From assembly GCA_049792755.1 (NCBI GenBank), contig JBARBF010000007.1, positions 2,147 to 66,146 on the forward strand: DNA of 64,000 nucleotides. Reading direction: 5' to 3'. Below the pieces are notes generated by a model. The model was not told the origin of the DNA. It made no database searches and was given only the letters and a program-made list of their open reading frames with translations. The stretch's first letter is position 1; each line of letters begins with the position of its first letter. The DNA comes from Bacteroidales bacterium (GTDB lineage: Bacteria > Bacteroidota > Bacteroidia > Bacteroidales > VadinHA17). A program made the translations under genes and the position numbers. Positions 19,709 through 29,027 of the stretch are shown here, one piece after another.

Positions 19709-20608
19709 ATGAAGAAATCCGTTATTTATTCAGGCCGTCGAAAATTTTTAAAGAACCTGTCAATATTTGCAGTTGGTTCTTTAGCGCTTTCCGGATGCGG
19801 CCCGGTGTCAATGAAAGAATTTTTACAGAAAAACTTCAGAACCTTATCCAAAAAAGAGAAAGATGATATTATAAAAGCCCTGGAAAAAAAATACACAGCC
19901 AAATACGGTAAGGAATTCCATGTAACAGATGAAGCGTCAGCTGAAGGCGTGGAATTTGGTTATGCACTCGATTTATCGCGATGCGTCGGATGCAGAAGAT
20001 GCGTGTATGCCTGTGTAAAAGAAAATAATCAATCTCGTGATCCTCAGATTCATTATATCCAGGTTTTGCAGATGGAGAAGGAAAAAGGAATTGACTTTGC
20101 ACATTCTGACGTTCATTATAATCCTGAACTTGTTCCTGAAGAAGGATATTTCTATGTCCCTGTACAATGTCAGCAATGCAGGAATCCTCAATGTACAGAG
20201 GTTTGTCCTGTTAAAGCTACATGGCAGGAACCCGACGGAGTTGTTGTTGTTGATTATAACTGGTGTATTGGCTGCAGATATTGTATGGCTGCATGTCCTT
20301 ACGGAGCAAGACATTTTAACTGGGGCGAACCTTATATACCTGCTGACGAAATCAATCCCGAGACCCATTATTTAGGAAACAGACCAAGAATGAAGGGCGT
20401 AGTTGAAAAATGTACTTTCTGTATAAAAAGAGTCAGGAATGGTAAATATCCGGCATGCGTTGAAATATGTCCGGTTGGTGCAAGAAAATTCGGGAATTTA
20501 CTCGATCCTGAAAGTGAAATCAGATATATCCTTGCAAATAAAAGGGTATTGGTGTTAAAGCAGGAACTCAACACTCAACCAAGATTTTATTATTTCTTCG
20601 GGGTATAA
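19709..20608 (+). CDS. Tat-exported 4Fe-4S ferredoxin-type subunit (NrfC/PsrB/DsrO-like)
   Basis: Twin-arginine signal SGRRKFLKNLSIFAVGSLALSGC. Four Cys clusters (CVGCRRCVYAC, CQQCRNPQCTEVCP, CIGCRYCMAACP, CTFCIKR..CVEICP). Start moved to the ATG at 19709. Confidence 0.85.
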   Translation: MKKSVIYSGRRKFLKNLSIFAVGSLALSGCGPVSMKEFLQKNFRTLSKKEKDDIIKALEKKYTAKYGKEFHVTDEASAEGVEFGYALDLSRCVGCRRCVYACVKENNQSRDPQIHYIQVLQMEKEKGIDFAHSDVHYNPELVPEEGYFYVPVQCQQCRNPQCTEVCPVKATWQEPDGVVVVDYNWCIGCRYCMAACPYGARHFNWGEPYIPADEINPETHYLGNRPRMKGVVEKCTFCIKRVRNGKYPACVEICPVGARKFGNLLDPESEIRYILANKRVLVLKQELNTQPRFYYFFGV

Positions 20609-20648
20609 ATAAATCTATTCAGCGTTCCAAAAATTAAAAATAGATCAT

Positions 20649-21905
20649 ATGAATTTCTTACGATTTGTTATCGGCAGCTTCAAAATAGTCACTAAAGGAA
20701 GTGCATCTTATTATGCATGGGTGACTTTTCTGATTTTATTAATTGCCTGGGGTGGATTTGGTTATGCCAACCAGTTGGCCCATGGATTGATCGTAACTCA
20801 TATGCGTGATTCTGTATCATGGGCATTTTATATCGGAAATTTCACTTTTTTGGTCGGAGTTGCAGCTGCATCAGTAATGTTGGTTATTCCAGCTTACGTT
20901 TATCACTGGAAGCCAATCAAAGAAATTGTGATTTTCGGAGAATTATTAGCGATATGTGCTGTTATAATGTGCCTTTGTTTCATTGTTGTTGATATTGGTA
21001 ATCCCTTAAGATTCTGGCACATGCTTCCCGGAATTGGAATCCTGAATTTCCCATCATCACTTTTATCATGGGACTTTTTCGTTCTGAACTCCTATTTTAT
21101 TCTCAATTTAATTATTGTTGTTTATTTGCTCTATTGTCATTTTTATAAAAGAGAATACAAAATTTCCTTTGTGATGCCGCTTGTCTTATTCAGCATTCCT
21201 CTTGCAATAGGAATTCACACTGTTACAGCCTTTTTATTCAATGCCTTGCCGGGAAGACCATTCTGGAACAGCGCTCTGCTGGCTCCCCGGTTTCTAGCTT
21301 CTGCCTTTTGTTCAGGACCTGCTATACTTCTGATTCTGTTTCAGATCTTGCGTAAAATAACAAAATTTGAAGTAAAAGATGAGGCAATATGGACAATAGC
21401 CGAGTTAATGGTTTATGCAATGTTCATTTATTTGTTTTTCACCGTTGCAGAACTTTTCAAGGAATTCTACTCCGGAACCGAAAATATTTTATACTGGAAA
21501 TATTTATTGTTTGGAATCGGGAACAATCATGAGATAGTTATTTATAGCTGGTCTTCAATAATAATGGGGAGCATTGCATTTCTATTATTTCTTGTTCCGG
21601 GTACACGTAAAAATTTCCTGACACTTAATATCGGAGCCGTGCTGATCTACGGTAGCGTCTATATTGAAAAAGGAATAGCATTGATAGTCCCGGGATTTAC
21701 TCCTGACACTTTAGGACAAATATATGTTTATACTCCTTCTATAACTGAAGTCCGGACTGCAGTAATGATATTTTCAAGCGGCTTTTTACTTTTTACATTT
21801 CTGAGTAAAATAGCGATAGCCATAGTTTTTGAAGATTATAATATTGATGATCTCAAATCTGGAAAAAGGGTTAATAAGGTGAAGGAAGTCCCGGTTGCCA
21901 TGTAA
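20649..21905 (+). CDS. NrfD/PsrC-family polytopic quinone-interacting membrane subunit
   Basis: 418 aa with about 10 TM helices. Lies directly after the FeS subunit in the standard cytochrome/FeS/NrfD module order. Confidence 0.75.
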   Translation: MNFLRFVIGSFKIVTKGSASYYAWVTFLILLIAWGGFGYANQLAHGLIVTHMRDSVSWAFYIGNFTFLVGVAAASVMLVIPAYVYHWKPIKEIVIFGELLAICAVIMCLCFIVVDIGNPLRFWHMLPGIGILNFPSSLLSWDFFVLNSYFILNLIIVVYLLYCHFYKREYKISFVMPLVLFSIPLAIGIHTVTAFLFNALPGRPFWNSALLAPRFLASAFCSGPAILLILFQILRKITKFEVKDEAIWTIAELMVYAMFIYLFFTVAELFKEFYSGTENILYWKYLLFGIGNNHEIVIYSWSSIIMGSIAFLLFLVPGTRKNFLTLNIGAVLIYGSVYIEKGIALIVPGFTPDTLGQIYVYTPSITEVRTAVMIFSSGFLLFTFLSKIAIAIVFEDYNIDDLKSGKRVNKVKEVPVAM

Positions 21906-22126
21906 GGAAAGAAGATTCCTCCTGCTCCTAAACAAGAAAGAGGCTATATCAAAAATCCTCAGTGAAACTCTGTGATCTCTCCCGCCGAAGCGGGACAAGT
22001 TGTGTAAGTTCTTGATTATTTGTTACACAGGGGGCCACAGAGAAGACACAGAGCTACACAGAGAAAGAATTACAGGAAAATTTGACTTTTGAGATAGTCT
22101 CTTTATGATTATGGAAAGTGTTGAAT

Positions 22127-22531
22127 TTATTTCTTTAATGATCTTATATAGTTCACTGTCTGCCAGAGGCCGGTATCATCAATCTTACCTTCATATTTAG
22201 GCATATCTCCCCGACCGGATTTTGATTTATAGAACAGCTCTCCATCGGTCTGTTTCTGACACTCTGCTGTTAAAAAACTGGCTACGTGTGTTTTCAATCC
22301 TTTTGATTTCGGACCATCACCTACACCGCTTTTCCCATGACATGCAGCGCAATTCTTGTTAAAAAGATCTTTCCCGGCCAGAAGATTTGCATCATCTGAC
22401 TTAACAGGGTTGTTCATAGTTTTGAAATTAGCCGGAACGTCCCATGGTTTAGACTTCTGTCCAAAAGAAGTTAAGGAAATTCCAAAGACTAAAAGAATTC
22501 CTATTAATAGGATGTGTTTTAAGTTTTTCAT
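22127..22531 (-). CDS. monoheme class I c-type cytochrome
   Basis: 134 aa. Signal peptide, a single CAACH haem site and a distal Met context (RGDMPKY). Confidence 0.8.
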   Translation of the reverse strand: MKNLKHILLIGILLVFGISLTSFGQKSKPWDVPANFKTMNNPVKSDDANLLAGKDLFNKNCAACHGKSGVGDGPKSKGLKTHVASFLTAECQKQTDGELFYKSKSGRGDMPKYEGKIDDTGLWQTVNYIRSLKK

Positions 22532-22655
22532 AACAATAGTGTTTTAATTTTATACCAAAGTTAAAAGTTATTATCTACTTTCGGTCTATTTATATGTTAA
22601 TTTCTCTTGAAGCAAATTGATGGTTTGCAGAAATTTCAAGAGGTAGTACTACCTC

Positions 22656-24812
22656 TTACGAATGATAAATTTCCAGTAATATTTCCAGAATCTGCTTAGC
22701 CGCTTTTGATACTGATGTTCCGGGGCCAAATATGGCCGCGACGCCTGAGTCGTACAGATACTGATAATCCTGGTGAGGGATTACTCCACCCGCAATTACA
22801 AGAATATCTTCCCTGCCAAGTCTCTTCAGCTCAGTAATCACCTGTGGTATAAGCGTTTTATGGCCTCCGGCAAGGCTTGATACTCCCAATACATGAACAT
22901 CATTCTCAATAGCCTGTTTGGCTGCTTCACCCGGAGTCTGAAAGAGCGGCCCGATATCGACGTCAAAGCCTATATCAGCATAACCTGTTGAGACAACTTT
23001 TGCGCCCCGATCGTGGCCATCCTGGCCCATCTTGACAATCATTATCCTGGGCTGACGGCCCTCTTTTTCTGCAAACCTGGCAACGAGTGCCCTGGCTTCT
23101 TTAAAATCATCATCTGATTTATATTCCGATGAATAAACACCTGAGATAGTTTGTATCACTGCTTTGTACCTCCCGACAATTTTTTCACATGCATAAGATA
23201 TTTCACCCAGACTTGCCCGCTTCTCAGCTGCCTTCACAGCCAACTCAAGAAGGTTACCTTCACCTGTCTTAGCACAATTGGTTATAGCATCAAGAGCGAT
23301 CCGGCATTCCGCTTCATTCCTTCCGGCACGTAGCTTAACCAGCCTGGCTATCTGCGATTCACGTACTGTGGAATTATCAACTTCCAGAGTTTCGAGCGGA
23401 TCTTCTTTTTCGAGCCTGTATTTGTTTGTTCCGACTATAGTCTGCACTCCTGAATCAATCCTTGCCTGTGCTCTTGCAGCAGCTTCTTCAATCCTCATCT
23501 TCGGAACTCCCGATTCAACTGCTTTTGCCATGCCACCCAGACTTTCAACTTCCAGAATATGCTCCCAGGCCCGATGGGCTATTTCATGTGTAAGGTTTTC
23601 AACATAGTATGACCCTGCCCATGGATCAATAGCCCTGCAAACCCGGGTCTCCTCCTGAATATATATCTGAGTATTTCTGGCGATCCTTGCTGAAAAATCT
23701 GTTGGCAACGCGATAGCTTCATCCAGAGCATTTGTATGAAGACTCTGGGTATGTCCCAGCACTGCAGCCATAGCTTCGATACATGTCCGCCCGACATTAT
23801 TATAGGGATCCTGCTCGGTCAGACTCCAACCAGATGTCTGACAATGCGTTCTGAGAGCCAGTGATTTGGCATTCTTTGGATTGAATTCACTGACAATTTT
23901 CGACCATAACATCCGTGCTGCCCTCAGTTTAGCAATCTCCATGAAATGATTCATTCCTATTGCCCAGAAGAATGAGAGCCGGGGTGCAAAAGCATCGATA
24001 TCAAGCCCTGCTTTAATGCCCGTTCTAAGATATTCAAGTCCATCAGCAAGTGTATAAGCGAGTTCTATGTCACAGGTTGCTCCTGCCTCCTGCATGTGAT
24101 AACCTGAGATACTTATAGAATTGAACTTAGGCATTTTTTCAGAGGTATATCTGAAAATATCGGCAATTATCCTCATCGAGAATTCCGGAGGGTAAATATA
24201 GGTATTCCTTACCATGAATTCTTTCAGAATATCATTCTGTATTGTTCCTGATAATTCGTCGAACCGGGCTCCCTGTTCGAGCGCTGCGACAATATAAAAG
24301 GCCATTATCGGGAGAACAGCTCCATTCATTGTCATCGATACTGACATTTTATTGAGAGGTATCTGGTCAAAAAGCAATTTCATATCCAGAATTGAGTCAA
24401 CAGCGACTCCTGCTTTACCAACATCTCCTGCGACCCTTTCATGATCCGAATCATATCCCCTGTGAGTGGCAAGATCGAATGCAACTGATAAACCTTTCTG
24501 TCCTGCAGCGAGGTTGCGCCTGTAAAATGCATTTGACTCTTCAGCTGTCGAGAACCCTGCATACTGCCTTATTGTCCATGGCAACATTGCATACATGCCG
24601 GAATACGGACCTCTTAAAAATGGCGGTAACCCGGCAGCATAATTAAGATGTTCCAGCCCTGCTAGATCCTCTTTTGTATAAATGCTCCGGATTGGAATCC
24701 TTTCCGGAGTCACCCAATCCTTTTTTAAGTTATTATCCTTCTCCCACTCATTATAATCCTTTTTCAGAATGGTGAGTGATTTTAGATCGCTATAACTGAA
24801 TTTTGGTCTCAT
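22656..24812 (-). CDS. mutB: methylmalonyl-CoA mutase large (catalytic, B12-binding) subunit
   Basis: 718 aa. Mutase TIM-barrel motifs ([23 protein letters not shown]). C-terminal cobalamin-binding domain ([21 protein letters not shown]). Confidence 0.92.
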   Translation of the reverse strand: MRPKFSYSDLKSLTILKKDYNEWEKDNNLKKDWVTPERIPIRSIYTKEDLAGLEHLNYAAGLPPFLRGPYSGMYAMLPWTIRQYAGFSTAEESNAFYRRNLAAGQKGLSVAFDLATHRGYDSDHERVAGDVGKAGVAVDSILDMKLLFDQIPLNKMSVSMTMNGAVLPIMAFYIVAALEQGARFDELSGTIQNDILKEFMVRNTYIYPPEFSMRIIADIFRYTSEKMPKFNSISISGYHMQEAGATCDIELAYTLADGLEYLRTGIKAGLDIDAFAPRLSFFWAIGMNHFMEIAKLRAARMLWSKIVSEFNPKNAKSLALRTHCQTSGWSLTEQDPYNNVGRTCIEAMAAVLGHTQSLHTNALDEAIALPTDFSARIARNTQIYIQEETRVCRAIDPWAGSYYVENLTHEIAHRAWEHILEVESLGGMAKAVESGVPKMRIEEAAARAQARIDSGVQTIVGTNKYRLEKEDPLETLEVDNSTVRESQIARLVKLRAGRNEAECRIALDAITNCAKTGEGNLLELAVKAAEKRASLGEISYACEKIVGRYKAVIQTISGVYSSEYKSDDDFKEARALVARFAEKEGRQPRIMIVKMGQDGHDRGAKVVSTGYADIGFDVDIGPLFQTPGEAAKQAIENDVHVLGVSSLAGGHKTLIPQVITELKRLGREDILVIAGGVIPHQDYQYLYDSGVAAIFGPGTSVSKAAKQILEILLEIYHS

Positions 24813-24815
24813 TAT

Positions 24816-26312
24816 CTACATTTTTACTCCTTTTTCAGCTTCTAACCTCACCCTTTCATGCTCCTCTGATCCTCTGAAAAGTTTTATCGGTTCAATCTGA
24901 AGGTCCCTTTCTGATACCGGTGGTTTAAATACTCTGGTCAGATCAATTTTTGTAGGAGCTTTTTCATTTAAATCAGGATATCTGTTTGTTCCAAGAAGTA
25001 TCTCTTTGCCACTTGCTATATCCGACTTTTTCCGTGATGCTGATTCTGATATTTTTTTCTGTATCAATCCTGATTTAAGACAGGAAAGAAAACCACCCTT
25101 ATCTTCTATTTCAATGAATAATCTCCACGCGCTTTCTGAAATCATACTGGTAAGGTATTCAATATAATATGAACCTGCAGAAGGATCTGCTACCTTATCG
25201 AAATAAGCTTCTTCCTTAAGTATCAGCTGCTGGTTCCGGGCGATTCTTTCAGAAAACTCATCAGGCTGTCTGAAAACAATGTCAAAAGGCTCTACCGTGA
25301 GTGAATCAGTTCCCCCGAGAATAGCTGACATCGCTTCAGTCTGTGTTCTGAGAAGGTTCACGTAAGGATCATACACTGTTTTATTCCATTCACTTGTCAC
25401 ACAATGTATATCCATTTTAATGTTTCCAGCGTTTGCCGGATGAAAACCGTTGGTGACAACTGACCAGAGAAGACGTGCGGCTCTCAGTTTTGCAATCTCA
25501 GGGAAATAGTTTGATCCCGTTCCGAAACTAAACCTGATCTTTGAAGCGGCTACAGCGGCGCTTATTCCTCTTTGGGTGAGTTGCGCCATATATTCGCAAC
25601 CCATCGAAATTGCGAATGCCAGTTCCTGAACAATATCAGCTCCCGCATTATTAAAGTTCGAAGCATTCAGATGTACCGTTCTGAATTTTGACAGAATTGC
25701 CGAGGATTTTACCAATGAGGCAAGATAATCAAATCCCTGTTCAGTAGGTGTACATAAAGTACTATTTAACATCAGTCTGCTCAACGGATCGACTTCAACG
25801 GCTCCTCTGATTTTGTCGGGGTCAGAATAAGATTTTTTTACATAGTTTATAATCAGATCTATTATCTCCTTTGCTTTACCTGCAGAGACAAAATTTATTT
25901 CAACTCCTCTCAAGAGGATCCTTTCGAGGAGAAGATCAAAATTTCTTTCATTAATTGATTCCGGTTCAGCGATAATAAAACCAAGTGAATCAATTCCTTT
26001 CATCAGTATTGACATAGCTTTCCGGTTCGCTTCAGAATAACCTGATACTACTATGTTTTGTCTGACCAGCCAGTTGTTATTTTTAATCTTTGTCCCTCTT
26101 ATGTATGGAAATTCACCCGGAAGAGTATTTATGTACAGCAGGTTTTCCACATCTTCCATCCGGTAGAAAGGATTTACCTCAAACCCTTCATTTGTTTTCC
26201 AGACAAGCGTTTTATTAAAATCAGCTCCCTTCAGGTCAGAAGTGATCTTATCCATCCATTCCTTTGAAGTTACCGGCGGAAAATGATCAAACAATTTTCC
26301 CTTTTGCTCCAT
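24816..26312 (-). CDS. mutA: methylmalonyl-CoA mutase small subunit
   Basis: 498 aa. Mutase-like barrel ([25 protein letters not shown]) without a B12 domain. Its stop lies 3 bp upstream of the mutB start. Confidence 0.75.
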   Translation of the reverse strand: MEQKGKLFDHFPPVTSKEWMDKITSDLKGADFNKTLVWKTNEGFEVNPFYRMEDVENLLYINTLPGEFPYIRGTKIKNNNWLVRQNIVVSGYSEANRKAMSILMKGIDSLGFIIAEPESINERNFDLLLERILLRGVEINFVSAGKAKEIIDLIINYVKKSYSDPDKIRGAVEVDPLSRLMLNSTLCTPTEQGFDYLASLVKSSAILSKFRTVHLNASNFNNAGADIVQELAFAISMGCEYMAQLTQRGISAAVAASKIRFSFGTGSNYFPEIAKLRAARLLWSVVTNGFHPANAGNIKMDIHCVTSEWNKTVYDPYVNLLRTQTEAMSAILGGTDSLTVEPFDIVFRQPDEFSERIARNQQLILKEEAYFDKVADPSAGSYYIEYLTSMISESAWRLFIEIEDKGGFLSCLKSGLIQKKISESASRKKSDIASGKEILLGTNRYPDLNEKAPTKIDLTRVFKPPVSERDLQIEPIKLFRGSEEHERVRLEAEKGVKM

Positions 26313-26408
26313 TCTTTTCAGAGTTGTAAATTAAAACACAAATTAAATAAATCGGTATTCATAGTTTTTATTAATTTTATCATATGGTGATGATCCCGGA
26401 ATCCTGAA

Positions 26409-27498
26409 TTATTTTCCCGCAAATTCCATCAGATAAGATTTAATGAAAGGATTCAGGTCACCATCAAGAACTGCCTGAACATTACCGGTCTCATGGTTTG
26501 TGCGTAAGTCCTTTATCATTTTATAAGGATGCAGCACATAGGACCTTATCTGAGAACCCCATTCAATCTTTTTCTTTTCTCCTTCAATCTTCGCCTGCTC
26601 CTCCTGTTGTTTTCTGAGTTCAAGTTCATAAAGCTGCGATTTAAGGATCCTCATAGCGTTCTCTTTATTATTGAGCTGCGAACGTGTCTCCTGGTTTTCA
26701 ATTATCAGCCCGGAAGGCTTATGCCTCAGCCTTACTGCTGTTTCAACCTTATTCACATTCTGTCCACCTGCACCACTCGACCGGAATGTATCCCAGGTAA
26801 TATCAGCAGGATTAATTTCAATCTCAATATTATTATCAACCAGCGGTGATATAAAGACAGAAGCAAATGTTGTCTGACGTTTACCCTGAGCGTTGAATGG
26901 TGAAATTCTGACAAGCCTGTGAACACCGTTCTCACTCTTCAGGTAACCGTAAGCCCGCTCACCCTCAATCTCTAACGTCACAGTTTTAATACCAACTTCA
27001 TCACCGGATTGATAATCAAGCTCTTTAACTTTATAGTTGTTTCGTTCGGCCCAGCGAAGATACATTCTCATCAGCATTGCAGCCCAGTCGTTGCTTTCAG
27101 TGCCTCCTGCACCTGAGTTTATTTTCAATATTGCCCCAAGCTGGTCCTCTTCTTTCTGCAGCATATTCCTGACCTCAAGGTCCTCAATCAGTGAGAGACA
27201 GTTATTATACTGGCTATTTGCTTCTTCTTCAGTAGCTTCACCCTCTCTGAAAAAATCATTAATTACATTTATATCGTCAATAGCTGAATTTATTTTGTCA
27301 AAGGCTGCCGTCCAGCTCTTCAGCTGTGCTATACTCTTCAGAAGTTCTTCGGCTTTCTTAGGATCATTCCACAATCCGGGTTGTTGTGAAAGGTTTTCTT
27401 TTTCTGCAATGAGTTCCAGTTTTCTGTCAATGTCAAAGATACCTCCTCAAAGCATCTCTGCGTCCCGATAAAGCTTTTATCTGTTCGTTAGTTATCAT
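26409..27498 (-). CDS. prfB: peptide chain release factor 2, requiring a +1 programmed ribosomal frameshift
   Basis: Frame 0 (27498..27436) reads [21 protein letters not shown] and then hits TGA. The minus strand reads AGG AGG TAT CTT TGA C. Skipping T at 27435 continues [30 protein letters not shown]... into the track ORF 26409..27374. GGQ ([11 protein letters not shown]) and SPF ([11 protein letters not shown]) motifs are present. 27434-26409+1 = 1026 nt, which is in frame. Confidence 0.93.
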
Positions 27499-27581
27499 TT
27501 CCGAATTTTGGGACAAATTTAGTCTTTTCCAGCCTAACTTTAAGGTTTAAAACCCTAATTTTGGCTTTCCAGCGAACAACG

Positions 27582-27995
27582 ATGCTCAAACTGATACAAT
27601 ATCTGAGACCTTTTGCAAAATATTTATTGATTGCCTGGGTGGCAATTATAATAATCTTATCGTCTATCCCGAATATCCCGACATTAAAGATTCATATCTC
27701 CAGGTCTGATTTCAGGCTTGATTATTTTATGCATTTTTGTGAGTATGGAGTACTGACTTTTATGGCTTTTCTTGCATTTGCAGAAGATGAGTTCAGGATT
27801 AACTGGAAGATATTCATTGCGTTAGTAGTTTGCCTGATATTATTTGCTATTCTGGATGAGTTGCATCAGAAGCTGATCGAGGGGAGGACATGCAGCATAA
27901 AAGATGTTGCAAGTGATGTTATGGGAGTCGTAGCAGCGATAGTATTTACGTTAGTGGTCTTCAGATCGGTCAGAATCGGAATTGAAAAGACATGA
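27582..27995 (+). CDS. VanZ-family membrane protein
   Basis: About 137 aa with four TM helices. Conserved acidic/His patch (ILDELHQKLIEGRTCSIKDVASD) typical of VanZ-like proteins. Start set at the first ATG. Confidence 0.6.
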   Translation: MLKLIQYLRPFAKYLLIAWVAIIIILSSIPNIPTLKIHISRSDFRLDYFMHFCEYGVLTFMAFLAFAEDEFRINWKIFIALVVCLILFAILDELHQKLIEGRTCSIKDVASDVMGVVAAIVFTLVVFRSVRIGIEKT

Positions 27996-28160
27996 TAATA
28001 TCCATTTTTGTCATTCCTTAGTTACAGAGACGGGACACAGAGAACAACAGAGCAATCATCAGGGGTTTTGCCTTAGTGCAACGCTGTGATTCTCAGTATC
28101 TTTCTGTGAAAGTTCAAAATACTTAATTTAGTAATTATATTCAACACCGGAGGTATTCTA

Positions 28161-28631
28161 TCAATTTTCATCGTAAAATTCATAAAGATATTCATCTTTA
28201 AAGTCTATCCCTTGTTCATTTAAAATATGTAAATACTCCTCCTTAAAACTTCCTTTTAAATGATGTTTTTGTTGATTTAAAATGTAGTTATAAACATTAT
28301 CCAAATCGCGATACCCTATCGTAAATGCTCCGTATCCCTCTTGCCAACTAAATTTAGGTACAATAAGACGATTTGTATTAATATATATTGATGAACTACG
28401 TTTAATATCTCTAACAAGTTCCTCTATGGATATTGAAGGGCAAAATCCAACAAGGATATGTACATGATCGATTGTGCCATTTATTGCAACAGGATTGCAA
28501 TTCTTCCCTTCAATAATGCCGTATATGTATTTATGAACATTATTTCTGATAGAATCTTTTAGTAAAGAATGTCTGCCTTTAGGAGTAAAAACGCAATGGG
28601 CATACAATTTGGTGTAGGTGTTTGGTTTCAT
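28161..28631 (-). CDS. IS200/IS605-family Y1 (HUH) transposase-like protein, RAYT-like
   Basis: 156 aa. HUH motif in DHVHILV. Catalytic Tyr context YxxxQ (YILNQ). WQEGYGAF block typical of PF01797-type proteins. No tnpB and no IS ends are visible. REP-like hairpins begin about 85 bp upstream. Confidence 0.8.
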   Translation of the reverse strand: MKPNTYTKLYAHCVFTPKGRHSLLKDSIRNNVHKYIYGIIEGKNCNPVAINGTIDHVHILVGFCPSISIEELVRDIKRSSSIYINTNRLIVPKFSWQEGYGAFTIGYRDLDNVYNYILNQQKHHLKGSFKEEYLHILNEQGIDFKDEYLYEFYDEN

Positions 28632-28713
28632 GTCAGTTAATTTTAAAAATGCAGCAATTAAAATTAAGAGCTATTTTTCGATTTACCATGAAATCAGCAA
28701 CATGTTTTGACAG

Positions 28714-29027
28714 GATTTTTGATGGAACCGCTCCGCGGTTCTGGCAATATTCCGCGTTTGCATTACTATGATTGATGGAACCACTCTGTGGTTCTGGCAA
28801 TATTCCGCATTTGTATTGCTATGATTGATGGAACCGCTCCGCGGTTCTGGCAATATTCCGCATTTGTATTGCGATGATTGATGGAACCGCTCCGCGGTTC
28901 TTTGAAAAGTATATTAACATTTCGCTAAGAATAGGGAGCCCGTCAAAATCAACCCCGGAGGGGTTCCATCAATAATAGGAAAATGAATAAATATATGATT
29001 TTCTGAACGCCGGAGGCGTTCCATCAA
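28714..29027. repeat. cluster of six REP-like hairpin elements (about 3.5 tandem 53-bp units plus two inverted copies)
   Basis: The GATTGATG-GAACCGC-TCC-GCGGTTC unit starts at about 28717, 28770, 28823 and 28876, giving a 53-bp period. Reverse-oriented copies lie at 28960-28982 (GAACCCC-TCC-GGGGTT) and 29005-29027 (GAACGCC-TCC-GGCGTTC). Confidence 0.85.

Noticed and set aside
22638-22657. Perfect 20-bp palindrome AAGAGGTAGTACTACCTCTT overlapping the mutB stop codon
   Set aside because: It may be a terminator or a processing hairpin between mutB and the cytochrome c gene. No T-run follows on the transcribed (minus) strand, so I did not call a feature.
26313-26408. Cobalamin riboswitch upstream of the methylmalonyl-CoA mutase genes
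   Set aside because: Only about 95 bp of AT-rich spacer is available, which is too short, and I saw no B12-box-like sequence.
28714-28900. Possible CRISPR array (regular 53-bp periodic repeats containing a palindrome)
   Set aside because: The segments between the palindromes are themselves conserved from unit to unit, so there are no unique spacers. There are only about 3.5 units and no cas genes nearby. The array fits a tandem REP/BIME-like cluster better.
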